Assembly (NCBI GenBank): GCA_965209055.1
Contig: OZ242374.1
Location: forward strand, 4,832,001-4,896,000
Direction: 5' to 3'
Source of the DNA: Acidobacteriota bacterium
GTDB taxonomy: Bacteria > Acidobacteriota > UBA6911 > RPQK01 > JAJDTT01
Length of the DNA: 64,000 nucleotides
Positions 40,616 through 50,197 of the stretch are shown piece by piece. The notes under the pieces were generated by a model. That model was not told where the DNA came from, did no database searches, and saw only the letters and a program-made list of their open reading frames with translations. Within the stretch, counting starts at the first letter, position 1. Every line of letters starts with the position of its first letter. The position numbers and the translations under genes are program-made.

Positions 40616-40898
40616 CGCGGTCGTATAGGGCTTCTCGGGGGATATTGTCGGCCGCCTTGAATCCACTACGGGTAGCGCAGATGTCCTCGAACACCTCTTT
40701 CAATAGCCGGCGCCGGCGGTCGCGCTCGGTCTCCACCTCCAGTTCCTGATCGCCGGTCCACTCGACGGGGTCTCGAACCAGACGTTCGAGAAAGCGACGC
40801 ACCAGGGCAGACACGGAGGTGTCCAATTCCGCCGCCCGGATGCGAGAACGTCGATACGTGCTGTCGTCAATGGATACCGTGATGTTCCTCATCGACAC
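40602..40898 (-). CDS. RHH-type antitoxin
   Basis: MRNITVSIDDSTYRRSRIRAAELDTSVSALVRRFL...REALYDR. Confidence 0.8.
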   Translation of the reverse strand: MSMRNITVSIDDSTYRRSRIRAAELDTSVSALVRRFLERLVRDPVEWTGDQELEVETERDRRRRLLKEVFEDICATRSGFKAADNIPREALYDRDAIR

Positions 40899-40927
40899 AT
40901 TCTCACAGTTTCAGTGTATCACAGGAT

Positions 40928-41125
40928 CTACGTGTGAAGAGGATTCACCCGTTGCCTCTCAGCAGCGTTCTCAGGCTTGATCGGCGCTGTTGCGTCTGTC
41001 GGTGCATCGAATTCGTCCAGCAGCACGGCCGCCGATTCATGGATGTCGAGCTTGCCGGTGACGACAGCGGCGATCAGGTGCGTCCGGTATTCGCGGAGGA
41101 GGTCATTCTCTCTTGCGATCCTCAT
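40928..41125 (-). pseudogene. C-terminal remnant of type I R-M specificity subunit (HsdS-like)
   Basis: LLREYRTHLIAAVVTGKLDI is the typical HsdS C-terminal helix; no upstream body. Confidence 0.65.
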
Positions 41126-41262
41126 CAGCCCGCATTTCTCAGAAGCTCCCCCGCCTGCCGGTAGCCGGCGAAATCCCGGTAGAAAAAGTATGGGCGGCGG
41201 TTTCCCAACCGCCGGACTCCGGTAACACTATGGAGAAATGGGCGATTGGAAATCGCCTCCTT

Positions 41263-41400
41263 TCAGAGAAGTGTGCAGAAGGGGACGGTCACTTTGTTGC
41301 TTGTTGTTCGGATCAAGCGGATCGCGATCCATGCCGGATCGGCGATACGCCACCCGACGTGGGCATCCTGAACTGTTTCGCACCGCAGTTCCATGGTCAC
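41263..41400 (-). pseudogene. Probable RES-domain toxin remnant (frameshifted, truncated)
   Basis: GTG start coupled to the upstream antitoxin stop; WRIADPAW followed by RDPLDP in a shifted frame. Confidence 0.4.
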
Positions 41401-41786
41401 GCGTGCACTCGCTCGAACCGGAACATGTTGCGGCATACCGCCACCACCGCTTGCGTGTCACCGTGCGCCAGCAGGCTCACCAGGGACGCGCCGCCAAGCG
41501 ATTGGATCGGCCTGCGCACGACGGCGGGGATTCGGTCGCGTTTGAGATAGTGCGCGAGGACGTCGGTGGCGGCAGCCAAGTCCGAGACTGCTCCAGCACG
41601 CTCGGGGGGCACGCCCTGTCGCAGCCACTTGCCGACTGCTTGGCGGCTCACACCGAAGAGACGGGCCGCTTCGGCTTGGCTCAGGTCCCATACTTCAAGG
41701 GTTCGCGCCAAGGACCCGCCCGCGCGCGGGCGATCAAGGCTGGACGAGGAGGCTGTGGCAGTGGTGGCGGAGCTGGTCGAAGTCAT
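41397..41786 (-). CDS. Xre-HTH / MbcA-ParS-like antitoxin
   Basis: LSQAEAARLFGVSRQAVGKW HTH; RRPIQSLGGAS C-terminal pattern. Confidence 0.65.
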   Translation of the reverse strand: MTSTSSATTATASSSSLDRPRAGGSLARTLEVWDLSQAEAARLFGVSRQAVGKWLRQGVPPERAGAVSDLAAATDVLAHYLKRDRIPAVVRRPIQSLGGASLVSLLAHGDTQAVVAVCRNMFRFERVHA

Positions 41787-41947
41787 CGGTTCGGGGCCAT
41801 CTGAGTGGTGAAAGGAAACTGGAGAAACCCACATCTGCCGTTGCCGGGAGCCAACCATTTTTCTCAGCGGTAGATTGAAGCCGGTGGAACGGATATTGTC
41901 GTTTTGTCGCTTGAACGAAGTTGCCTCGTCGAGTCGGAGACGTCTTG

Positions 41948-42400
41948 ATGAACAATATGGAACGGGAGCGCGTCGACGGTGAACTTCTTGCGCAGTTGAC
42001 AAGTGCTCTGGAGGAGCGCGAGGAGATCCTGGAAGCCTACCTCTTCGGATCGCATGCCTGTGGCCAAGCACGCCCGAATAGCGACATCGACGTCGCCGTC
42101 TACATCGATGAGGAGAGAGCCGGCGACGGCGCGTGGGGCTATCAGGCGCAACTCACGACAGACCTCATGATCGCGTTGGGTACGAACGACGTCGATGTCG
42201 TCGTGCTCAACAAGGTATCCATTCTCCTGTACCACCGGGTTCTGCGCGACGGCGTTCGATTGATGTCCCGGGACCTCAGGGCGACAACCACGCGTGCAGG
42301 TCAGGCCCTGTCCCGCTACTTCGACTTCCTTCCCCAACTGGACAAGATGGACCGCGCACGGCGGCACGCCGCCGGCTCCGCCATAGAGGATCAGCATTGA
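41948..42400 (+). CDS. mntA: MntA-type nucleotidyltransferase antitoxin
   Basis: YLFGSHACGQARPNSDIDVAV (GSx10DxD) and VDVVVLN motifs. Confidence 0.88.
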   Translation: MNNMERERVDGELLAQLTSALEEREEILEAYLFGSHACGQARPNSDIDVAVYIDEERAGDGAWGYQAQLTTDLMIALGTNDVDVVVLNKVSILLYHRVLRDGVRLMSRDLRATTTRAGQALSRYFDFLPQLDKMDRARRHAAGSAIEDQH

Positions 42401-42837
42401 CTCCAGGCCGTCCCGACCGCCGTGTCGTCCAGAGACGGCTCATCGCGCTGCGTCGAGCGGTCTCAGTCTTACGCCGGCACGCCGGATGTACGCCGCAGGA
42501 ACTCAGCGCCGATATCGACCGCCGGTGGGCCATTGAACACGGGCTTCAGGTTTCGGCCCAAGCCGCTCTCGACGTAGCGACTCATCTCGGTTCAGCGTTG
42601 GGGTATGATCCAGGGACGTATGGATCGTCAATCGACTGTCTGGTCGAGGCCGATATCCTGCCGCGGAGCTTCGGGGAACGGTTCCGGCGGATTGCCGGTT
42701 TTCGGAACGTGCTCGTCCATGGATACCTGGAGGTCGACCTCGACCTGGTCGCCGAGATACTCTCCGAACGACTCGACGACTTCGAAGATTTCGTGCGCCA
42801 CGTCGAGCGGTGGCTCGACGAGTCCCCGGCCACTTGA
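42397..42837 (+). CDS. hepT: HepT/DUF86 HEPN RNase toxin
   Basis: TTG start overlapping the mntA stop; GFRNVLVHGY (Rx4HxY). Confidence 0.88.
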   Translation: MTPGRPDRRVVQRRLIALRRAVSVLRRHAGCTPQELSADIDRRWAIEHGLQVSAQAALDVATHLGSALGYDPGTYGSSIDCLVEADILPRSFGERFRRIAGFRNVLVHGYLEVDLDLVAEILSERLDDFEDFVRHVERWLDESPAT

Positions 42838-42975
42838 TTCGGTCCGGCATCGGACCAGGATAACCACTGGAAACGCCAGTGAAGAGAACCAGGCCGGCGC
42901 CGAAGGGAACCAGGGGCAGTCAGCGGGTTCCGGACGGCCCGCGGCCGAAACATTTCGTCCTGAAGGAGGAGGCCA

Positions 42976-43425
42976 ATGAACTGGAAACTGATCATCATCG
43001 GCGGGCTGGCCTTTTGGCTCGTAACGAACATCCTGGGGTTGGGAGTCACCGGTCCCATCATCCACGAAGCGATCCTCGACCCGATGTACAAAGCCACCGA
43101 GTCGCTGTGGATCGAGCCCTTGCGCCAGGACCCACCCGACATGGCGGCCGTCATGCCGCGGTGGATCCTGGTGTCGCTGATCAGCAGCCTGGTCGTGGCC
43201 GGGCTCTACAGTTGCCTGCGCAAGGCTTTCGACGGTCCCGGATGGAAATGCGGGATGACCTGGGGGCTCTATCTGGGCATCTTCTCTTTCGTGACTCTGT
43301 TGAGTTACTCCGGGGTGATCGCCCTGCCCATGACGATCGTGCTCTGGTGGGGCGTCGATGGGCTGATTCTTTTCGTTTTGGGAGGAGCCGCCATGGGCTG
43401 GGCCGGAGAGAGGTTCGCGGGCTAG
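42976..43425 (+). CDS. Four-TM hypothetical membrane protein
   Basis: GGAGGAGG RBS and four hydrophobic segments. Confidence 0.7.
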   Translation: MNWKLIIIGGLAFWLVTNILGLGVTGPIIHEAILDPMYKATESLWIEPLRQDPPDMAAVMPRWILVSLISSLVVAGLYSCLRKAFDGPGWKCGMTWGLYLGIFSFVTLLSYSGVIALPMTIVLWWGVDGLILFVLGGAAMGWAGERFAG

Positions 43426-43710
43426 CCGGGTGCGCCTCCGCGCCGAACTCTCCAAGGCGAACCGTCGCGCCGCTGGTCGAAGAGGTGGCTCACCACCCGC
43501 TGCCGGGAAAGCCAGTGTCATGAGAGCTGCAAGGGTCTTCGAACTGGCCCACGGGAGATGAGAAAGGACGCGGGCTGGACCGGGGAGCCGCGCTTCGTGT
43601 CAGCCGGCCGGTCCGGAAAACGCCGGTGACCGCAGATTGGGGCAAGAAAGCACGAAATTTACATTCCGAGGGTATTCGTGTTTGATATATACGTGCCGGT
43701 ACATTTCGCT

Positions 43711-44001
43711 ATGACATCCACCTTTTTGCACGCCGACTTCCTCCTTGCATTCGGCTTCATCTTCTTCCTGCTTCTAATCGTGCTGGTGTTGTGGATCGGG
43801 TTCCGGCGGCGACTCTCGGAAATCCAATCGGATCAGGAACAACAACGGGAACAGTTGGACGTCCTGGAGAACAAGATGGCACGGATAGAGGGCGCACTGT
43901 TCTATGGGCCGTCAGCGACGTGGACTATGGAGCACCGAGGGCAAGCTCCCGACCGGGCCACGACCCGTCCGAGCGATCCTCAGATCAGGAAGGATTTGTA
44001 A
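43711..44001 (+). CDS. Small TM + coiled-coil hypothetical protein
   Basis: N-terminal TM followed by heptads ending MARIEGAL. Confidence 0.55.
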   Translation: MTSTFLHADFLLAFGFIFFLLLIVLVLWIGFRRRLSEIQSDQEQQREQLDVLENKMARIEGALFYGPSATWTMEHRGQAPDRATTRPSDPQIRKDL

Positions 44002-44015
44002 TCAATCTGAGGAGT

Positions 44016-44064
44016 TGGTGGAGCTGATGGGATTCGAACCCACGACCCCCTGAATGCCATTCAG
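44016..44064 (-). mobile_element. 3' fragment of tRNA-Ala(GGC), att site of an integrated island
   Basis: Minus strand reads CTGAATGGCATTCAGGGGGTCGTGGGTTCGAATCCCATCAGCTCCACCA (anticodon arm, T-arm, CCA). There is no D-arm or 5' acceptor strand, and an integrase is adjacent. Confidence 0.85.
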
Positions 44065-44245
44065 CGAAAACGGTCGTCTCACCACGTCTCATCTTATCCC
44101 ACAAGATCTTTCAACTGACTGATATACTTGAACTTGTCAGTCTATCATCGTATCATTCCGTCTCAGGAATTCCCGGTAAATCCGGAGCTGGTTGGAACCT
44201 ATATGGAACCAATATCTGAAATGGGTTCCAGTAGGAGGAGACGAA

Positions 44246-45421
44246 ATGCCCACCGCAAAGCTGACCGACAGGCTGCTGAAGAACCTGAAGACGGAACAAA
44301 CTGTCCAGGAATTCTGGGATCAGTCCTTCCCTGGCTCTTTCGGAGTTCGGGTCATGAAGAGTGGGCGAAAAACCTTCATGTTCCTCTATCGAACCGACGG
44401 CCGACGAAGACGGATGAAGCTTGGCGTCTACCCGGCACTTTCTCTGGCTCAGGCCAGGTCCCAGGCGTTCAAATTGCTGGGTGCCGTCCAGCGAGGAGAA
44501 GACCCGGCGGAAGAACGTCGGCAGGAACGCCAAGCCGGTACGTTCGAGGAGTTGGCCGATTTGTATCTGGAGAGGCACGCCCGACCCAACAAGAAACCGG
44601 CCAGCATCAAGGAAGACACCCGCATCTTGAACACCTACCTGCTGCCGGTTTGGGGCCGAAGAAAGTTTCGCACCATCACACGGTCCGATGTCATTCGTCT
44701 TCTGGACGACATCCAATTCAATCGTCAGGCTCCGGTCATGGCCAACCGGGTCAAGGCACTGACCTCCACGATCTTCAATTTTGCGTTGAGGAAGGCGCTG
44801 GTTCCGGAGACATTTGCCAATCCCTGCACCCACGTCGCTTTGCCGGCCAGGGAAAGGAGTCGTGACCGCGTGCTGAGCGACCATGAAATCCGGGCGCTTT
44901 GGAAAGATTTGGAGAACCGAATGGAACCGACCGCTTCCATCTATCGGCTCATCTTGTTGATGGGGCAAAGACCCGGCGAAACGAAAGCGATGCGGTGGCG
45001 CGACCTGGACGACGAGAACATCTGGACCATTCCAGCCACCGAAACCAAGAACAAGCGTGAACACAAGGTGCCCTTGTCGTCGCAGGCTCTGGTCATCATC
45101 GAGGGCCTGCGCCCCTTGACTGGTGACTCGGAATTTGTCTTTGCCTCCCCCAGAGGTGGACACATCCGCTGGCTCCAAAAGATGAGCCAACGCATTCAGA
45201 AAAAAACAGGATTCCATTTTCGACCCCACGACTTGCGGCGGACCTGTGCGACGAACTTGAGCAAGCTCGGCACCGACGATGTCACAATCGCCCGGATTCT
45301 GAACCACTCGTGGCCGTTCCGGCACATGACAGCCGTGTACAACCGGTGGGACAAGCTGCCGGAAATGGGCCGAGCGTTGCAAAGGTGGGGGGAACGTCTT
45401 GAGCAGATGGTCACTGGCTAG
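44246..45421 (+). CDS. Tyrosine integrase with N-terminal arm-binding domain
   Basis: AGGAGGA RBS; GVRV..SGRKTF and LGVYPALSLAQAR; catalytic R (GQRPGE), K (TKN), HDLRR, LNH and Y (VYNR) all present. Confidence 0.93.
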   Translation: MPTAKLTDRLLKNLKTEQTVQEFWDQSFPGSFGVRVMKSGRKTFMFLYRTDGRRRRMKLGVYPALSLAQARSQAFKLLGAVQRGEDPAEERRQERQAGTFEELADLYLERHARPNKKPASIKEDTRILNTYLLPVWGRRKFRTITRSDVIRLLDDIQFNRQAPVMANRVKALTSTIFNFALRKALVPETFANPCTHVALPARERSRDRVLSDHEIRALWKDLENRMEPTASIYRLILLMGQRPGETKAMRWRDLDDENIWTIPATETKNKREHKVPLSSQALVIIEGLRPLTGDSEFVFASPRGGHIRWLQKMSQRIQKKTGFHFRPHDLRRTCATNLSKLGTDDVTIARILNHSWPFRHMTAVYNRWDKLPEMGRALQRWGERLEQMVTG

Positions 45422-45464
45422 AAGAGAGTGGTTTCATTCAGGCCAAACGCGGGCACTGGGTGCG

Positions 45465-45599
45465 GTTGTGCCGCACGGGTTCCGGTCGTCATTCCGAGAC
45501 TGGGCGGCCGAGGAGACGGATCATCCGCGCGAAGTCGTCGAGGCGGCGTACCGGCGGACGGACCTGTTCGAGCGCTGGTGTCGGCTCATGGAGGACTAG
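45465..45599 (+). pseudogene. P4/IntA-like integrase C-terminal remnant
   Basis: VVPHGFRSSFRDWAAEETDHPREVVEAA-YRRTDLFERW (internal deletion). Confidence 0.8.
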
Positions 45600-45724
45600 G
45601 CGAGCTATCTGGCTGGCGAGATCCGGGCTCGGGCGTCCGTCCGGGTCTGTTGATCCGCCGTGGTGGTTCTCCCGGCAGGCTTCGAGATCTGGCGTTCGAG
45701 GCGGCGTCCGGGAGTTCGAACTGG

Positions 45725-46020
45725 ACCGCTGAAAAGTGGGGTTCCGCGCCCGAACCGGGAGTGTAAGTGAGACAAAGAACGCGAGTTACATCGCGGAAGT
45801 CTGCCGACTTACACCTCCGATTTCCCCGATCTCTTTATCGGTCATGCAGTTACGTCCATATTCCCGGCTTCGCCGTGCCCGCACGGGGAAATCGGAGGTG
45901 GACGGGAGCGACCCCCCATTTTTCCTGCCCGGTGCGGGCATGGCGGTGTTGCGCAACTTACATTTGCGCAGCACCCCCTGGGGGGTCGCTCCCGTCGCAT
46001 TTTTCCCTCGCGGGAAGGCA
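45725..46020. repeat. Structured noncoding element, copy 1
   Basis: Homologous to 48800-49092 and 49726-50018; three interleaved 14-18-bp inverted repeats plus two hairpins. Confidence 0.75.
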
Positions 46021-46150
46021 GTATGAACTCCCAACGAAGTGCCCGTATGTAATTGGAATTCAAGGTCGTCGAGTCCTGACCGGTAGATCGCTACGGCTGA
46101 GTTGGACCTTAAAACCGCCTCCTCTCGGGAACCTATGGTAGGCTTTTGTT

Positions 46151-46348
46151 ATGGCGATCATGCTGTCGGAAGTTTACGATGCGCTTATGGAGGCAGGTGC
46201 GAGCGAGGCCAAGGCTCGCGCCGCCGCCGAGCAGGTCGCCAGCCACAATAGTCGGTTACTCCGACTCGAAGTCATGACCGCATTGATCCTGACGCTGGTC
46301 GTAGCGATTTTCGTAATGGTGATCAATCTCTCCACCAAGCCTGCCTGA
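46151..46348 (+). CDS. Small coiled-coil + C-terminal TM protein
   Basis: EVYDALMEAGASEAKARAAAE followed by a hydrophobic helix. Confidence 0.65.
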   Translation: MAIMLSEVYDALMEAGASEAKARAAAEQVASHNSRLLRLEVMTALILTLVVAIFVMVINLSTKPA

Positions 46349-46589
46349 TTCAATTGAGAATCAGCGATCGCCGTGGTTCCCGGTCTATACCTGGAGAACT
46401 CGGGGCATCCTGTGGATCCAGCCTCCGTCGCAGTCGAGTCGGCGTAAGCTCGGGACTCCCTCATGAGTGCAATATTGGATAGGGCAGCCTGTTAGATCAT
46501 GCGTCTTTCCTGATGACCCATGTGATTCCTTGAAATAGGCTGGATTCAAATCTGCTTCCCCCGTTTAGGAACGCCCCCTTTCACAAATC

Positions 46590-46850
46590 CCCGTTGTGGT
46601 CGATGGTGTTCGCTCGCCAGGTACTGGACATCCTCCAGCGGCACGTTGTAGCTGAGCAGATCCGTGACCACCAGACCGCGAAACGAGTGGGCCGAGAGGA
46701 TCTCCGGCAGCCCGGCCGCCTTGAGCCGGAGCTTGAGAATTAGCTGCACGGCGAGAGGTAAACGCGACCGCTCGGTTTGCCTTCCCGCAGGTCTTTCGGA
46801 GACGACGGCGGTGCCGATCTTACGTCGCCATTCGAAGGCGCGAGGGTGCG
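46590..46850 (-). pseudogene. XerC/D-like recombinase C-terminal remnant
   Basis: LKLRLKAAGLPEILSAHSFRGLVVTDLL..NVPLEDVQYLA; no N-terminal part. Confidence 0.7.
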
Positions 46851-46983
46851 AAATTCGTCCTGGGTCGGTGGCTCCTTGCCGACGCCCATCCCCCATTCAC
46901 TTTCAGATACGATCTGTTGGGGGTCCCCGGATACGCCCGAAACGACGGTTGGGGGTCTACGGTCACCCAAGGGACTACGGTAG

Positions 46984-48609
46984 ATGCTCGTATACGCGAA
47001 TCGGCTACAAGTTCACGGCGAGGCTTCCGAATCGGTGGTATTCAGAGCCATCGGCGGCTGGCTCAAGGAACAGCTTGGGTTCGGTCTTCATCCGGAGCAA
47101 CTGCTCTTGACCGGAATACACAACGGCCGACGCGGGGAACTGCCATCGCGGCTTCAGATCTTCAGCTGCTACGACGGCGATCCAGCGCTATGTGTATGGG
47201 TACTGAAGCACGGGGATGTGGCTGTCCGAGGACGACGGTGGACTGTCGAGATCGGGATCAAGAAGTCCGCTGGAACGTTGGAAGTCTCGTGCGTCGTGAA
47301 GACGGACGAAGGCAGCACCTTGGTCTCGACTCCCGTCAGTGCGTCCCAGCCACGGGTTATCCGATACATCGTCAACAACGTTGCGGACTCCAAGGAGATC
47401 ACCTTCGCCAAAACCGTACCCGGCGAGGTCCTGCGGACAGTTGGCGAAGATCGTGACTCGTACCGGGCTTTCTCATACTACATCCATCGGCACGACCGAA
47501 ACGGCCCAATCGTCCTCGTAAGCCCCACACGGGAGGGTGCATACCTCGTCAGTCCGACCGAACTTCAGAAAACTCTGATTGGCCTGGCTAACGTCGTTCA
47601 TGTGCTGCCGGGCTCCAACACCTACGAAATGGCGGACGGACTTGGGCGTCGGATGTCGGCCTGGGACGGAGCGGTGAACGTGCTGTCCATCCCATCGCCA
47701 TCAGGCGAGGTCCGGTCTCGGCTCTTCCGCTCGGACGAGATTCAAGCGTGGGGCGAGCATCCGCAGCGGATCTCGCGGGTCTTGGCGTGGGTAACCGTGA
47801 CGACCAACGTTCCGCGGTTGCGAGAGCGTGTCCGGCCGGAAGGTGTAAGGCTACTGTCCACGCGGCGGCGCATGGAGAAGCTGCGGGCAAGCGCAATCAA
47901 GATGAAGGAGGAGGAGGGGCGTCAAGCGCTGATCGAGGCCTCGCGACAAGCGGAGGAGGAGCAGGAACGAGTCTTCGAAGGGTTCGCGGAGGAGAACGAA
48001 GATCTCCTCAACGAAGTCTCGCGGTTGGAGGATGAACTCCGGGATGCGCAGGACGAACTTCGGAGGAAAGCCTACGAACTCAGTGCCGTGAAGGGTCAGC
48101 TTTCCGCCGCCGGCACCGAGAAGAGCGTCGAATTCGATCCCGGCCCTCTCTTGCGCCTCCTTGCGCGGAAGTGGCAGCCGAGCCCTTTGGAGTGCCTCGA
48201 CATCATCGAGCAGTACCATCGCGACAAATGTACGGTCCTGGACAGTGCTCGGAAGAGCGCAAGGAAATCTCCATTCATCAACGGATGCGAATTACTCGAT
48301 CTGTTAATCCGCCTCGTAACCGAGTACCGTGCTGGCTTGCTGGAAGGAGACGACGGCAAGGCGCGCTTGGTGTTCGGGAAGAACGAGTACGCAGCGAAAG
48401 AATCTGAGACCGTCACGGCGAACCCGGCGATGCGACGCCGGAGAACCTTCTTCTACGATGGCAGACCGTTGGAGATGTTTCGACATCTGAAGATCGGGAT
48501 CGCCGACGACCCGACGCAAACGGTACGGGTTCATTTCCACTGGGACGGAACTCGCCGGAAGATCGTGATCGGGTACTGTGGAGAACATCTCCCGGTTACC
48601 AGCCACTAA
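46984..48609 (+). CDS. 541-aa hypothetical protein with central coiled coil and possible RelE-like C-terminal domain
   Basis: Intact ORF; E/R-rich coiled coil at about aa 295-375; C-terminal RHLKIG...RVHFHWD...IVIGYCGEHL. Confidence 0.7.
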   Translation: MLVYANRLQVHGEASESVVFRAIGGWLKEQLGFGLHPEQLLLTGIHNGRRGELPSRLQIFSCYDGDPALCVWVLKHGDVAVRGRRWTVEIGIKKSAGTLEVSCVVKTDEGSTLVSTPVSASQPRVIRYIVNNVADSKEITFAKTVPGEVLRTVGEDRDSYRAFSYYIHRHDRNGPIVLVSPTREGAYLVSPTELQKTLIGLANVVHVLPGSNTYEMADGLGRRMSAWDGAVNVLSIPSPSGEVRSRLFRSDEIQAWGEHPQRISRVLAWVTVTTNVPRLRERVRPEGVRLLSTRRRMEKLRASAIKMKEEEGRQALIEASRQAEEEQERVFEGFAEENEDLLNEVSRLEDELRDAQDELRRKAYELSAVKGQLSAAGTEKSVEFDPGPLLRLLARKWQPSPLECLDIIEQYHRDKCTVLDSARKSARKSPFINGCELLDLLIRLVTEYRAGLLEGDDGKARLVFGKNEYAAKESETVTANPAMRRRRTFFYDGRPLEMFRHLKIGIADDPTQTVRVHFHWDGTRRKIVIGYCGEHLPVTSH

Positions 48610-48799
48610 GCCGAGGACCCATTGGGTCGCATGATTCGCGAGGCGCGGGCAGCACCGGCTTACCAGCGACACCAACCATCAAGGCGCACCAACAGCGGGC
48701 CGTCGGGCGGCTACCAGCGGCGGAAGGTCGCTCCTTCCAGGTCGTGATTGACCGTGAACTCACTTGTCAGTCGCAAAGGCTGATGGAGGCTCGTTTCGG

Positions 48800-49092
48800 C
48801 TGTGCGTAAAGGGGGGCTCGTGCCCGTACGGGAGTGTGAACGGGACATGCGGGGTGGATTCACAAAAAGCGGTCCCGGCGGTTCACAAAGCCGCTTTCTC
48901 CGATCTCTTTGTCGCTCATGCAGTTACGGCCACATTCCCGGCTTCGCCGCGCCCGCACGGGGAAAGCGGAGGTGGATGGGAGCGCCCCCCCCTTTTTGCT
49001 GCCCGGTGCGGGCGCGGGGGTGTGGCGCCATTCACAATTGCGCCACACCCCCTGGGGGGGCGCTCCCATCGAATTGATCCCTACGGGAAGGT
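48800..49092. repeat. Structured noncoding element, copy 2
   Basis: Same stems as copy 1 with compensatory substitutions. Confidence 0.75.
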
Positions 49093-49479
49093 GGAAGAAA
49101 CGCTCTATGAAGTGGAGAAATGTGGTCCTCGTTCCGGCTGGATTGGCGGCAGTGATCTGCCGCTGCGGATAGGGTCCCCTTCCCGGGCTTGGAGACAATC
49201 CCGTATCGGATCGGATCGCTGTTCACGAGCCAATGCTGCATGCGGTGGTCCAGGCTGGGGACGATTTGGCGTCAAGCGCCGGGGAGCGCACAGCCCACCA
49301 GCCAGCGCGGCCAACAAGAGTGCCTCCATTGAGATGATTATGATACCAATGTGGGTCCCACTCATTCTTACAGCGGAAGCTTCCACCAGAGTTATGGGAG
49401 CCGCGACACGATGGCAAGGAGCCCAGCGACGGCGGCCAAGATGGCTCCGCTGGAGCCAGAGGGCACGGAAAGGCTGGGG

Positions 49480-49705
49480 CGGGTGGCGAGCGGCGCGACC
49501 GCGTCGTGTCGGTCCTCGGACCACAGGACGCAGTAGTGCGGCACATGCGGGCCTTGCCGCACCGGGAGTTGGCGTCGGTGCTCTGGAAGCTACGGGCCTC
49601 GGAGGCAAAGCCCGTGGCTCGGTTGGCCTTCGAGTTCCTGGTGCTCACGGCGGCGAGGTGGGACGAGGTGCGCTGGCGGATGTGGTGAAAAACAAAGTCG
49701 AGCCG
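49480..49705 (+). pseudogene. P4/IntA-like integrase remnant
   Basis: HMRALPHRELASVL...LAFEFLVLTAARWDEVR joined out of frame to VVKNKVE. Confidence 0.75.
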
Positions 49706-49725
49706 GATTCCAGGAGGTCGATCTT

Positions 49726-50018
49726 GACCGCTGAAAAGTGCGGTTCCGTGCCGATCGGGGAGTGCACATGAGACAACGGGGGGCATGTGCACCATGAGGG
49801 CTCGTCGACGTGCACGGCGACTTTTCTCTAACCTGCTGTCCCCGTTCGGGTTACGGATTTCCTCGCGGCTCGGCGGTGTCGCTCGGGGAAAGCGGAGGTG
49901 GACGGGAGCGACCCCCTTTTTTTGCCTCCCGGATCGGCAATGCGGGGCAGCCTGATGTGCACTCGCGTGCCATCGTCTTGGGGGGTCGCTCCCGTCTCAT
50001 GATCCCTTCGGGAAGGCC
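49726..50018. repeat. Structured noncoding element, copy 3 (most diverged)
   Basis: GACCGCTGAAAAGTG start shared with copy 1; GGGGAAAGCGGAGGTGGACGGGAGCGACCCCC ... GGGGGTCGCTCCCGTC ... CCCTTCGGGAAGG. Confidence 0.7.
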
Positions 50019-50197
50019 AACAGAAAACAGGTTTGTGCGTCGCCACACACAGACCGACGCACCAGGACGGCGCCTCGTGACCCAGCAAAGAGAACCTTGC
50101 TAAGCCTCCATCGAAGGAGTACAAAGACGAAGACCGTGCAACGCCTCGCGGTAAACCCATCCAAGAAAGCGGGACACCTTCAATAGATAGAGACGAA

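Noticed and set aside
44016-44064. Complete tRNA-Ala gene
   Set aside because: The D-arm and 5' acceptor strand are missing, so it is treated as an att fragment.
48764-49771. 335-aa ORF across structured copy 2 and the integrase remnant
   Set aside because: Low-complexity read-through of noncoding and pseudogene sequence.
50133-50146. Third mini-spacer target upstream of cas3 (ACC-GTGCAACG)
   Set aside because: Only six matches and no TTC-like PAM.
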